Below are positions 48,481 through 57,746 of a stretch of 64,000 nucleotides of DNA, piece by piece. The notes under the pieces were generated by a model. That model searched no databases. It saw only the letters and a program-made list of their open reading frames with translations, and was not told the DNA's origin. Location of the stretch: IMG/VR virus record IMGVR_UViG_3300027776_000009; one strand, 5' to 3'. Each line of letters opens with the position of its first letter. The stretch's first letter is position 1. A program made the translations under genes and the position numbers. Source of the stretch: a virus. Lineage: Duplodnaviria; Caudoviricetes.

Positions 48481-48841
48481 GTTTCTCTCCCGTGGAGATG
48501 GGGTATATTTCGATGCGCAACGTTTCACGCGATACAGAAAGCTTCACTGTGGAGGGGTGTTCAGCAATGCGCTCCGCATAGGGTTTCAAGACCGCGTCCA
48601 GTGGAAAGAGAGCGTGACAGATAACAGACCTGGCTCGATCAGGCGCCACTCCCCATGACTGAATCAGTTCTTGTTCTAAGAGCGCCAGTCCGCCTGGTGT
48701 TGTTCCTAATACATATTCCGTGACACGCACCACAATTTCGTGAGCCTCATGACCGCTCCAGGTATTGACGGTGTACCCCAACACGGTCTTGATAGGGTTG
48801 ATCAAGTCATCAATAGCAAGACGCGCAATACAAGGTTTCAT
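48473..48841 (-). CDS. Hypothetical protein, small-ORF array
   Basis: GAGG RBS, overlaps next. Confidence 0.6.
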   Translation of the reverse strand: MKPCIARLAIDDLINPIKTVLGYTVNTWSGHEAHEIVVRVTEYVLGTTPGGLALLEQELIQSWGVAPDRARSVICHALFPLDAVLKPYAERIAEHPSTVKLSVSRETLRIEIYPISTGEKHE

Positions 48842-48850
48842 GATAAACCT

Positions 48851-49384
48851 CTAGTCGGTAAACCCATCAGTAACTTGGGTGAGGGGGTCGCAGAAGGACT
48901 GAATCACGACAGGGTGCCCGTTAACGGAACGACACTGCCAACCGCTTGGTAGTATCCGCTGTTCTTCTTTGAGTTGTTCGTATTGCAGGATTCGCCAGTC
49001 ATCGATTTTCTCAACCACGACGGTATCATCCTTGAGACTATTAACCGCAACCACATCCCAAGTTTTATTGGGGTATATGGAGTGCGTAGCCAGTCGGACT
49101 TGGCCAAAGACGCGATCCATGACTAATGACCAGTAGCTGTCGGATAACGTATCCATAGCGGCTGGGTGATACCACGGCATCATCGCTTCCGCAACCTTGT
49201 TATAGGAGTGACCTATGGGTGCCCACTGAAGGCGTTCGCTCACGGCGTCATCCAATAGACACCGAATCAATTCCAAAGCCTGTTCCGGTTTGAGGGTCTC
49301 AGTGAGCTGGTGGCGTTGACAAAACGTGAGGGTGGCGTTGACAATCCACTGGACTTCTTCTTGGAACGAAAACATGACGATCAT
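48851..49384 (-). CDS. Conserved hypothetical protein, small-ORF array
   Basis: LQWA, TWDVV, DWRI motifs; ATGA overlap. Confidence 0.65.
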   Translation of the reverse strand: MIVMFSFQEEVQWIVNATLTFCQRHQLTETLKPEQALELIRCLLDDAVSERLQWAPIGHSYNKVAEAMMPWYHPAAMDTLSDSYWSLVMDRVFGQVRLATHSIYPNKTWDVVAVNSLKDDTVVVEKIDDWRILQYEQLKEEQRILPSGWQCRSVNGHPVVIQSFCDPLTQVTDGFTD

Positions 49385-49716
49385 GGATGACTCCCTCTGC
49401 CTAATACTATCCGGTAGTCCCCACCACAGTGCTTCACGTCCTTGAGTGAGAGGTCGGCCGTGTTGTAATGGCTATACATGGACAGCTCTTGGTATGTACG
49501 GACAACGCGTTCAAGTTGTCGATAGAAAAATGGGTTGACCTGAGCGTGGTGCGTATGCTGGCTGATCTCTTTCCAGAACCGGGGTTCTACGGGTAGTATG
49601 AACACGCGGTGACACGCGAGCCCTAGGTGAGCCAAGGTGGCACACGTCGGTATGTCGTTCTGTTCAAAGAGGGGTTCGAGTTCGAGACCGTCCATGAGTA
49701 GGACAAGATCGCGCAT
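49381..49716 (-). CDS. Hypothetical protein, first of array
   Basis: GAGG RBS; promoter motif at 49748..49759. Confidence 0.6.
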   Translation of the reverse strand: MRDLVLLMDGLELEPLFEQNDIPTCATLAHLGLACHRVFILPVEPRFWKEISQHTHHAQVNPFFYRQLERVVRTYQELSMYSHYNTADLSLKDVKHCGGDYRIVLGRGSHP

Positions 49717-49827
49717 TGGAGTATCCTCAATGGATGTATTCTGAAAAGTAGTATATATGCCACGCTCCGTGGCCTTTATGCTATAGGATGTCCTTATCTG
49801 TTATTTTCGACGGCGGGGTTTCTACGC

Positions 49828-50634
49828 ATGAATCCGATCACGTACGCCCTCAATCAAGTCCATTTTCGGATCCCTGATGAGGTTCTGAAAGAGACTTTTG
49901 TCTCTCGACAGTTTAACTTTCAATTCCGCTCAACCCCTGCAACCGTAGATGCTCGTATTCGTGACTTGGTTCTGAATGCACGAGTGATGGTGGATTGTAA
50001 TTTGTTTGGTGGGGTGGAAACAACGATCCCGTTGATCCGTGCTTCTTACGAATACATTGACCCGTATCAGGTGATCTATACGGTCCCAAAAACCTTGACA
50101 CAGGGGCGATCTATTACACGGGCTTTGTCCGTGTCTTTCGGTGATGGTGCCATGGCGGGCATCACGAATCTGGTACCCTCCTATGGGAACAATTTGCTGG
50201 ATGCTGCGCAGGGATTGCTGCAGTCGCACCAACCCATCCCAATGGTTTCTACTGCCAACTGCATATTGGTTGGTGAGAATCAGGTGTTGATCCAGGATAA
50301 CTTCACGTTACCACCCAACATCTATCTTCGCTGCTGGTTGGAAAATGACGCCATGATGTCGCATATCCAACCCACCAGTTATCCGGCGTTTGCTGAGCTG
50401 GTTGTATTGGCGGTTAAGGCCTATATCTACATGAATCTTCAAATCCCGATGGATAAGGGAGTTATTCATGCGGGTGCTGATCTTGGGCGTTTCCGTGAAG
50501 TGGTGGATGGGTACAGCGATGCGGATGAACAGTATCGTGACCATCTGAAGAAGGTGTGGCGCAAGGTGGCCTACCTGAATGATTTCCAAGCGCATCGTCG
50601 CCACATCCAGCGTTTGCTGGGTGGTCCTAATTAA
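49828..50634 (+). CDS. Conserved core protein (phiKZ gp42-like)
   Basis: MNPITYAL..IP, VDCNLFGG, LAVKAYIY. Confidence 0.7.
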   Translation: MNPITYALNQVHFRIPDEVLKETFVSRQFNFQFRSTPATVDARIRDLVLNARVMVDCNLFGGVETTIPLIRASYEYIDPYQVIYTVPKTLTQGRSITRALSVSFGDGAMAGITNLVPSYGNNLLDAAQGLLQSHQPIPMVSTANCILVGENQVLIQDNFTLPPNIYLRCWLENDAMMSHIQPTSYPAFAELVVLAVKAYIYMNLQIPMDKGVIHAGADLGRFREVVDGYSDADEQYRDHLKKVWRKVAYLNDFQAHRRHIQRLLGGPN

Positions 50635-50655
50635 CTTATTGTTGAGGTCTGCACC

Positions 50656-52062
50656 ATGAGCAACAAACTGTTCTATCGCCTGGGTCTTGAAGACCTGGTC
50701 GAAGACGCTCCGGCTGACGAGCCGGAGTCACTGGAAGAAATCGCTGGCGAATCCTCTCCTGAATCTGACGTCCTGGCCGCTGAAGAGCAAGGTGAAGAAG
50801 TCGAAGGCGACGCTGACGATGTTGAAGCGATTGATGCCGACACTGAAACCATGGGTGAAGTGGTGAAGGGTCTGGAAGCTGCGCTGAAGAGCGGTAAGCC
50901 TACCAAGGACGCGATAGTCTTCTCCAACATGGCGATCAACGCCGTGAATCGGAAGTGGTTCGGTGGCACAACCTTGACCGTTTCTACTGAGTCCATCAAC
51001 TCTCCTGAAGATGCGGTTGTCGCTTCGATGGAAGGCGCTCTGGACAAGATCAAGGAACTGGGTCGTGCACTGATCGAGAAGCTCAAGAAGCTGTGGAATA
51101 CCTTCTCCGGTTGGATCAAGTCCGTCTTCGATGGTTCCGCCAAGCTGACAGCCCGCGCCAACGCCCTCGCTAAGAAGGCTGATGAAATGGCCGGTAAAGC
51201 CGCCGGTACAGTTGACTTCAAGGAATCCAACACAGGTTTGCTGGAAACCCTTGAAATCAACGGCAAGCTGAACAAGGCCACTGTTGTGGCTGGTACCGCA
51301 AGCGTGGCCAGTCTGATGGCCGCATTGGGTTCCAGCGCTCTTATTGCTGCCGATATGGGAGCGATCGGTGACAAGGTTTTCAAGGCCACTGACATTGATG
51401 CTGCCAACAGTGCCGCCGGTGAAGGCGTTAAGCAGTTGAACACTGCATACGAAAACGTCCTGAAACCGCTGGATGGCATGGTGGTCATCACCAATCCTTC
51501 CCGGGCCCCTGAGAGTGCCACTGTGGCTCGCGGCAAGAAGATTCTTCCCGGCAACAACGGCCTGTACATTATCATACCTTCTGGCGAAACCCCGAAAGAT
51601 CTGGGTGAAGCCTCCAGAATGTTTGGCAAGTACAAGTTCACCATCATGGATCTGTTGAGCGGCGCTGATCGCAAGCTGGAAGGCGAAGCCATTGCTCCGA
51701 AAGACGTCAAGGTTTTGGCAACTGCTGCTGCCGGCATCTTCGAGAAGATCGGTAGCTACAAGAAGGCTTACGCACAGCGTGAGCATCTGCGTGGCCTCGT
51801 GATCAAGCAACTGGAAAGCTCTGCTAAAGAAGCGACCGGTAATAACGAAGGTGACAAAGCGCGTATCGCTCAGGAACGCAGCAACTTTGCTCGTGCCTTC
51901 GGTACTGCTTGGTCTGCACTGGTGTCTGCTGACTACATGGTTGTCAACTATGTTCAGAAGACTGCCAAGGCCTATCTGGCATATGGCGACCTCTGTCTGA
52001 AGGCAGCCGGTGGCGGTGAGAAAGCCGAAGAGCCGAAGAAGGAAGAGCCGGCAGCTGCCTAA
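50656..52062 (+). CDS. Internal head/ejection protein, paralog of 214..1644
   Basis: First ~165 aa nearly identical, C-terminal ~100 aa similar, middle divergent. Confidence 0.85.
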   Translation: MSNKLFYRLGLEDLVEDAPADEPESLEEIAGESSPESDVLAAEEQGEEVEGDADDVEAIDADTETMGEVVKGLEAALKSGKPTKDAIVFSNMAINAVNRKWFGGTTLTVSTESINSPEDAVVASMEGALDKIKELGRALIEKLKKLWNTFSGWIKSVFDGSAKLTARANALAKKADEMAGKAAGTVDFKESNTGLLETLEINGKLNKATVVAGTASVASLMAALGSSALIAADMGAIGDKVFKATDIDAANSAAGEGVKQLNTAYENVLKPLDGMVVITNPSRAPESATVARGKKILPGNNGLYIIIPSGETPKDLGEASRMFGKYKFTIMDLLSGADRKLEGEAIAPKDVKVLATAAAGIFEKIGSYKKAYAQREHLRGLVIKQLESSAKEATGNNEGDKARIAQERSNFARAFGTAWSALVSADYMVVNYVQKTAKAYLAYGDLCLKAAGGGEKAEEPKKEEPAAA

Positions 52063-52075
52063 GCCTAACTTCATC

Positions 52076-52155
52076 CGTTTGCTGTAAACAACGCGGGAGA
52101 GTCATGACTCCCGCATTCAAAATCTCCGTGGAGTAACACCATGAGCAACAAACTG
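52076..52155. repeat. Inverted copy of 117..197
   Basis: 80 nt identical bar a one-base indel. Confidence 0.9.
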
Positions 52156-52338
52156 TTCTATCGCCTGGGTTTGGAGGAGTTGTCTGAAATCGCTCCGGTT
52201 ACCGAGGTTCCGACTAACTCTGCACAGCAAACAGAACTGGAGCTCAATCAACTGGGGAACGAGCTACATGGTGACGTGCAGTTGGTATTGAGTAACGATT
52301 ACTGGAAGCATCAGCATCTGGTTAACGCAGGCGGTTAA
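52141..52338 (+). pseudogene. Truncated head-protein paralog (leader/propeptide only) or small packaged peptide
   Basis: MSNKLFYRLGLEEL then stops at 65 aa. Confidence 0.55.
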
Positions 52339-52350
52339 CATTTATAACAG

Positions 52351-52388
52351 CATATAACCCCAGGGAGAGATCCCTGGGATTTATGTCG
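52351..52388. terminator. CATA/TATG-flanked hairpin between convergent genes
   Basis: CCCAGGGA-gaga-TCCCTGGG. Confidence 0.65.
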
Positions 52389-52769
52389 TCATTTCTTGGT
52401 TGGTTGCTTGTAGAGAACCCCAATAACACCGGGTAGTTCTACCCACTTTCCATTGACCCACTCGTAGTAAATCCCACCCCGTGTTCCGAACTGGATTCGT
52501 GAAGAACGGCAGATTGTTGGCATGTCCAGGTAGATCAAGTACGCATCCGTCCCCTCGTTGGGAACTGGAATGATTTCCTTTTCCAAGATATAGTCCGTAC
52601 TCTCAACAACACAGAGATTTGGCAGAGTTTCATCCAACGGAGGGACGTCTATCTTAGGGGGTTTGTTAATGTATTGCCATATCCGCGATAATGCCGATAT
52701 GATAATCATGATCAGAACTTTTCCCATAGCGGTGTTCCGTGGTGTGAGAGGTTCATAGGAATATCTCAC
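52389..52769 (-). CDS. Hypothetical protein with N-terminal hydrophobic segment
   Basis: MGKVLIMIIISAL. Confidence 0.5.
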   Translation of the reverse strand: MRYSYEPLTPRNTAMGKVLIMIIISALSRIWQYINKPPKIDVPPLDETLPNLCVVESTDYILEKEIIPVPNEGTDAYLIYLDMPTICRSSRIQFGTRGGIYYEWVNGKWVELPGVIGVLYKQPTKK

Positions 52770-52780
52770 ACCAGTGGGGG

Positions 52781-53275
52781 TTATCGTTTGTTATACCGAC
52801 TGATACGGATAACTCCATGATTGGGATCATCCAAACACTCGACGGTTTCACGATCCCAGCCTTCTCCAGTAAACGTTGGGAAGAACGCGTCCCCATCTTT
52901 CACGATCTCCGGGACATGGGTCATGTACACTGTATCAGCAAACGGAAGCGCTTCCTTGTAGATCTCCCCACCTCCGATGATAAACACCGTGCCATCAGCA
53001 GGCAGATGGGGTTCGGCTTCCAGCAGGGCTTGTGTCAGCGTTGTGACGTAGCAGTAACCTGCGCCAGGCTCGCGCGGTGTGCGTGAGATAATGATGTTGT
53101 AACGACCGGGTAGAGGTTTGCCGATTGAGTCAAACGTTTTGCGTCCCATGATCACGGGGTGACGGAGCGTGCTTTCTTTGAAGAAACGCAAATCTCCGGG
53201 AATACGCCACGGTAGTTGACCTTGGCGACCAATACAGCCATTCATACTCATGGCAACAATCAGAGCAATGTTCAC
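52781..53275 (-). CDS. folA: Dihydrofolate reductase
   Basis: IGRQGQLPWRIPGDLRFFK, IMGRKTFDSI, LPGR, IIGGGEIY, GDAFFP. Confidence 0.97.
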   Translation of the reverse strand: MNIALIVAMSMNGCIGRQGQLPWRIPGDLRFFKESTLRHPVIMGRKTFDSIGKPLPGRYNIIISRTPREPGAGYCYVTTLTQALLEAEPHLPADGTVFIIGGGEIYKEALPFADTVYMTHVPEIVKDGDAFFPTFTGEGWDRETVECLDDPNHGVIRISRYNKR

Positions 53276-53803
53276 TTAACGTCTCCCGTCGAGAGCTTCG
53301 GTTGTTGACGTACGTCCTTCCTTCATATCCAACTGTTTCAGATAATCCGAGTACGTCGTCAGGGTAATGTATTTGACACGAGATTTTTTATTAATCCCTA
53401 AAGCAGGCGGTGGTTTAACATATCGCAGAATGGGGTTAGCAACTCCGATAACCGACGACTCACCCGTATCAGGATCTGGTCGATGGATCAAGGGGATTGT
53501 GGGAAACAATCGGTCTCCGAGTAACTTGGGTGCGAGGGCTTGTGTATGTTCCGGAAAGAGTACACCAAACAGCCGAACTTGGATATAGTCCTGATCAACC
53601 TCTATCTCAGTTTGATCATGGTAAATAGCCCCGCAAAGCATACTAATGCCCCGAGTACTTATTTCACTTGCGTAATGGAAAGCCAGATCTTTATTACCCC
53701 CCATCAGTGCTTGATGTATCACGTGAATATCTTGGATACTCAGGTGAGCAGATGGGATGCGAAAGTCTTGTTGGAATCGAAAAAGCTTGGGTATTCTGCT
53801 CAT
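53276..53803 (-). CDS. Hypothetical protein
   Basis: 175 aa, GAGGA RBS, abuts DHFR. Confidence 0.6.
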   Translation of the reverse strand: MSRIPKLFRFQQDFRIPSAHLSIQDIHVIHQALMGGNKDLAFHYASEISTRGISMLCGAIYHDQTEIEVDQDYIQVRLFGVLFPEHTQALAPKLLGDRLFPTIPLIHRPDPDTGESSVIGVANPILRYVKPPPALGINKKSRVKYITLTTYSDYLKQLDMKEGRTSTTEALDGRR

Positions 53804-53860
53804 AGTGTCCTCGGTGGCAGAGTCTGTTTCTCAAAAAATCCAGTGAATCAGTTAAAAACA

Positions 53861-53897
53861 ACATAAGTCCTCCCATGAGTGGGAGGGCAATTATGTC
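53861..53897 (-). terminator. CATA/TATG-flanked hairpin
   Basis: GTCCTCCCA-tgag-TGGGAGGGC. Confidence 0.6.
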
Positions 53898-55055
53898 TTA
53901 CCACTTAGCGCTGGGGGGGAGTATGTCTTCTTGGGACACACTGGGTTGTTGAGTGCCGGCTATCACTTTATCAATAGCTGACCGCATTTCATCGGTAAAC
54001 GTGAAATGGTAAGCGTTAGGAGCCTCTCCTTTCCAAGTCTTCTTTACCGCGTTGTCCTCAGGATGGTTAATCGCGCCATCTATCGATGATCCAAAGGCTA
54101 ACACGGTGACAGTCTTCGGCGCAAAGCGTAGCCGGTCAGTACCTCGACTATGCCCTATCCAGATGTCGGCTGTTTTTGGCAGCGTATAGGGCTCACCCGG
54201 ATCAAAGGATACTTCGCAACCCGCTGACTCCAGATACCTGCGAATTGACTCATAGAACGCCTTAGCCGTCGGGTTTCCTCGAATATACTTCGGATTCCCT
54301 TGGATGATGACAGCAGTGAGGGTCTTATCCGTGCGGTCTTCTTTACTAGCGGTCAGCTTATCGTAGTGTTTCTGGATAAGCAGTTTGGCAGTATCTAGTT
54401 TCTTTTTGTCTGACGTGGTCAAGTTCTTGCCAGCGCGATTGATGTAAAACTGGAGCCGAGCGATCGCCTGTCGTTTATCCTTAGACGCCTTAATCAATCC
54501 ATTGGCAATACTGCTAGCGGATTTCTTAAAGAAGTCTTCAGGAGGATGCCATTTCTCTTTCTTAGTGACATCGTCGGACCACTTCTTACCTTCCATAGAG
54601 GGAGTTGTTGCCAACTCAATTCCCTTGGTGTTTAAGAAGTCAGCTACCTGAGCAAGGTTATCCAGCACTATAGCTCCGTTACGCTTAAGCATTTCAGCAA
54701 CTGCGTCAAGTGACCGACGTTCCCCCGTTGTCCAAGTTGTGCCCAATTCACTATCGAGCAAAGTGAATAGTGTCTGATTGGGTCTACGGTGACTATCGTC
54801 CACAACCTCAGCAATGGAGTAAACTCCTGTCATGAGCGGTGAGATGACATAGAGAGTATAGTCTGAAGATTCACGGACCTGTCGTTCGATAACTTGGTCT
54901 TCCGGTTTCCAGTCAGGCACGACTGGGTCAAACCACCCAACAGATACGATCAGTTCTTTCTTCAACCGATCCCGCCACTGACTGTTGTTACATGTACCAC
55001 CCAGAAAGACTTTCACCGATGAGGAGCTATAGTCCTCAGAAAACGTACCCGGCAT
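53898..55055 (-). CDS. Three-domain protein: nucleoside 2-deoxyribosyltransferase-like + DUF3175-like + alpha/beta-hydrolase-like
   Basis: KVFLGGTCN..W..FDPVV..GVYSIAE; FYINRAGKNL; GHSRG; GAGGTG RBS before MPGT. Confidence 0.7.
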   Translation of the reverse strand: MPGTFSEDYSSSSVKVFLGGTCNNSQWRDRLKKELIVSVGWFDPVVPDWKPEDQVIERQVRESSDYTLYVISPLMTGVYSIAEVVDDSHRRPNQTLFTLLDSELGTTWTTGERRSLDAVAEMLKRNGAIVLDNLAQVADFLNTKGIELATTPSMEGKKWSDDVTKKEKWHPPEDFFKKSASSIANGLIKASKDKRQAIARLQFYINRAGKNLTTSDKKKLDTAKLLIQKHYDKLTASKEDRTDKTLTAVIIQGNPKYIRGNPTAKAFYESIRRYLESAGCEVSFDPGEPYTLPKTADIWIGHSRGTDRLRFAPKTVTVLAFGSSIDGAINHPEDNAVKKTWKGEAPNAYHFTFTDEMRSAIDKVIAGTQQPSVSQEDILPPSAKW

Positions 55056-55112
55056 GTTACACCTCAGGTAAAGCAAAAAAAAAGAAGGGGATCATAAGAT
55101 CCCCCGTTCTAG

Positions 55113-55628
55113 TCAAAGCCAGTTATAGAGCGGACCATAGTGGCTAACCCAGCGATTGGCCACGGCTTCGTAATGTTTCGGACTCAAGAACTCCTTGAGT
55201 GTTTCGAGGAAAGTTTGAAACACTCCTCCCCCACGGATGTGTATCTCAACCAGGCCGGTAACAGGGTCTACCCCTACGTCATTGATCTCAGACATTGAGA
55301 TACCAGCAATGTGGGAAAGCTCTTCACGAGCCTCGCTGGCAGTGAGATGTTGCTCTTGGCAGAGCGCGTCCCAGAAGCGAGAGACATTCCAGAAACCACG
55401 TGGTGCTACCAACATGTTGGCTGGAAGAAGAGTCCTTTCAAGCAGAGCAATATCGGCATCAGTGAGACGCTCGATATCGAAGCCAAATCCAACACCGTCA
55501 GGCTCAATCCAAAAGGCTTTTGGAAACCGCTTGATCAATGCTGCGCGGAAATGTTCACGATCCATCCCATGGTTAGGGATATTACGAACCACCGAAATAA
55601 CGATGTCATGCTTAGTGTTGTTATCCAT
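55113..55628 (-). CDS. Early hypothetical protein
   Basis: AGGAGG RBS, promoter upstream, hairpin+T run at 55075..55105. Confidence 0.7.
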   Translation of the reverse strand: MDNNTKHDIVISVVRNIPNHGMDREHFRAALIKRFPKAFWIEPDGVGFGFDIERLTDADIALLERTLLPANMLVAPRGFWNVSRFWDALCQEQHLTASEAREELSHIAGISMSEINDVGVDPVTGLVEIHIRGGGVFQTFLETLKEFLSPKHYEAVANRWVSHYGPLYNWL

Positions 55629-55665
55629 TTTGTCCTCCTACGGACAGTTGATTAGATTCACTTAG

Positions 55666-55679
55666 GTAGTATGTATCTG
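55666..55679 (-). promoter_or_regulatory. Putative early promoter
   Basis: TTTTTTTTCAGATACATACTAC. Confidence 0.65.
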
Positions 55680-55713
55680 AAAAAAAATGGCTTTAACGGC
55701 ATACAACGCAGGC

Positions 55714-56148
55714 CTAAGCCTGCATCAAGTATCCCAAGGTAAACCGGTAGGTATCATCACTGAGGCGCGTAAACCCCTCTACTGAAACTACGTTCATGGT
55801 GCGCTCAATATCACCAATGATTGCACAGAAGTCTTTCTGGACTTGGTCCCAAATGTTGCCATACCGCAGCTTGAGTTGCAGTACCGTTTCAGCCGCTTGA
55901 ACGATAAAACCGCCCGAGTCCTCATCGGGTTCACTGTAGAGCATCTTGAGATGGTTCAGAAAATCCGCATAGGCTTGTTCGCGTGAACTGCTATCAGGTC
56001 TATCGCATGCTAAGTCCTGAAACAAGGTTCTGACAATGTCGTCCACAGTAGCGCCGTACAGATCACGTTGGGATTCAAATCCTTCAGGGTAGTACAGAGG
56101 ACTATCTGGGATGGGAATCAGGCAGACAGCCGTAACGATTTCTGACAT
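55714..56148 (-). CDS. Hypothetical protein
   Basis: 144 aa; C-terminal FTRLSDDTYRFTL like 46-50 kb array. Confidence 0.6.
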   Translation of the reverse strand: MSEIVTAVCLIPIPDSPLYYPEGFESQRDLYGATVDDIVRTLFQDLACDRPDSSSREQAYADFLNHLKMLYSEPDEDSGGFIVQAAETVLQLKLRYGNIWDQVQKDFCAIIGDIERTMNVVSVEGFTRLSDDTYRFTLGYLMQA

Positions 56149-56170
56149 GGTTTCACACCCCAGCTAACGA

Positions 56171-56518
56171 TCAGACGACTTCTTTCCCTTCAACCCCACG
56201 CGCCATCCGGCGTGCGGTGCGGACTTCCAGATTCACCAATGCATTCTTCATGTCCGCAATCGCCCGCTTGTTTTCATCACAGGGGAACTGGGAATCCAGG
56301 TGCTCGGTGCGATGAATCAAAATCGCCAACAGCGCTTCATTGGTAACACCGTTCAGTCCATGAGCGGGAATCGGACCTTGCTGAAAACTGATGGTGGTAC
56401 CCGATTGACCATGCATCACTTTGTAAACATGTCCCGTCATATCGCGACCCGCGGCACGTTCATCGGGACCGGAAAAAGCATTGACCATCAACCCGTTGTG
56501 GTCGGTATAAATACGCAT
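56171..56518 (-). CDS. tad1: Tad1-family anti-Thoeris/anti-CBASS signal sponge
   Basis: H.Y, ISFQQG, NGVTNEALLAILIHR, FPCDENKRA, RMARGVEG follow the Tad1 pattern (FQKG, HGV..DLL, RENA.A, R.ER.V.G). Confidence 0.8.
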   Translation of the reverse strand: MRIYTDHNGLMVNAFSGPDERAAGRDMTGHVYKVMHGQSGTTISFQQGPIPAHGLNGVTNEALLAILIHRTEHLDSQFPCDENKRAIADMKNALVNLEVRTARRMARGVEGKEVV

Positions 56519-56578
56519 GTGAAACTCTCCTAAGTGGGGACTCAGATGTCCATACCCATGGTGTATATCTGTAAAATA

Positions 56579-56854
56579 TTATTCTTGGAATAGCGTTTTG
56601 AATTGAATATCGCTCATTACTACCGGTCGATTACTCGATAAGTACACGACCCAGTCCCCCGGATAGACGAACAATGGCTTGGGGGTTCTTTCAATAACGG
56701 CATAAGCGCCGTGTCTCAGTTCCATCTGCTGGCGTTGACTTAAACGCGTTAAACCACGGAGCTGTGCTGGGTGTGTCACAACTCCGGGTAAGGTTATCCC
56801 CGTCTTCCATTGCAAACCTAAGGACTGTCGTGTCGCTTTAGGGTCTACTGACAT
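56579..56854 (-). CDS. Small protein with QW..PGDWVV..F motif (PGDYG/Acb4-like?)
   Basis: LQWK...FVYPGDWVVY...DIQFKTLF; AGGAG RBS. Confidence 0.45.
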   Translation of the reverse strand: MSVDPKATRQSLGLQWKTGITLPGVVTHPAQLRGLTRLSQRQQMELRHGAYAVIERTPKPLFVYPGDWVVYLSSNRPVVMSDIQFKTLFQE

Positions 56855-56876
56855 ACCTCTCTCCTAGAGATAATAC

Positions 56877-57110
56877 TCACGCCATGGCCATGACAATACG
56901 ACCCAAGGGGTCACACATCTTGCGATCAAAACCCGATTCTTCCGGGTGCTCCACCTCTTGCGGATTCCGGTCTTTCACCACCGGCGTAGGAAAACGAATC
57001 ACGACACCCAGAACCCGTTCTGGATCCGTATGCAGTTGCAGATGTTGATCAGGCTGCCGAGGAATAGCGTCCAGCGCTACCACCACCGGCGGGGTACGTT
57101 TGTTGCTCAT
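56877..57110 (-). CDS. Small hypothetical protein
   Basis: 77 aa, AGGAG RBS. Confidence 0.55.
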   Translation of the reverse strand: MSNKRTPPVVVALDAIPRQPDQHLQLHTDPERVLGVVIRFPTPVVKDRNPQEVEHPEESGFDRKMCDPLGRIVMAMA

Positions 57111-57245
57111 GGTAACTCCTAAGTACGTGTAAGACGAAATGTCTCATAACTAATACCGTGTGTGTAAAAAATAAGCGCATAACCCCCATATGGCCGAGGG
57201 GGTCTTCGGCCAGAGGTTAGCTCAAAGGGTTATACCGTCATGGAT

Positions 57246-57746
57246 TCAGGGAATCGCGGGTTCCGGCGTCAACGCCGACACGTTCACGGAATCAATCACG
57301 TTGTCCGGCGTGGTATACACCTGACCGCCAGTTTCAGCAAGGGCTTCATGGAGCTCTTTCAGGTCCTGATGTTCCGCATCCGAAAGCGGTTCTTCCCCAC
57401 CCGGCACATCCCCCATCACGAGGATACCCGTAGACTCCGGATTACGCACTGCTTCCGCAGCAGCCGCTACAGCTCCAGCATACCCCGTTACTCGTGGCTG
57501 CACCACAAACAGATTCAACACGGCTTCGGTTTCCCGATGCTGGTCTTCCTGCATGGTTTCAGCACTCACCCGCACTCCCATGGGTTCAACTCGCACCATC
57601 GGCATCACGCCAGCGGTCAGCGTGTCACACAGAGATTCCAGACCCACTCCGTAAACACGTACCAGCCGCAGAGGCTTCGCCCCATGACTGCGCTTTGCGC
57701 TGGCCGGTGCTTGACCAGCCAAGATTTCGTTCAGACTGTGACGCAT
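57246..57746 (-). CDS. Degenerate NDT-like paralog, probably virion-associated
   Basis: Aligns by eye to N-domain of 53898..55055; GLE/SAE sites; GGAG RBS. Confidence 0.55.
   Translation of the reverse strand: MRHSLNEILAGQAPASAKRSHGAKPLRLVRVYGVGLESLCDTLTAGVMPMVRVEPMGVRVSAETMQEDQHRETEAVLNLFVVQPRVTGYAGAVAAAAEAVRNPESTGILVMGDVPGGEEPLSDAEHQDLKELHEALAETGGQVYTTPDNVIDSVNVSALTPEPAIP

Noticed and set aside
50652-52155. Site-specific invertase or diversity-generating retroelement behind the duplicated head gene
   Set aside because: No recombinase or reverse transcriptase in the window, and differences are mostly synonymous rather than adenine-specific
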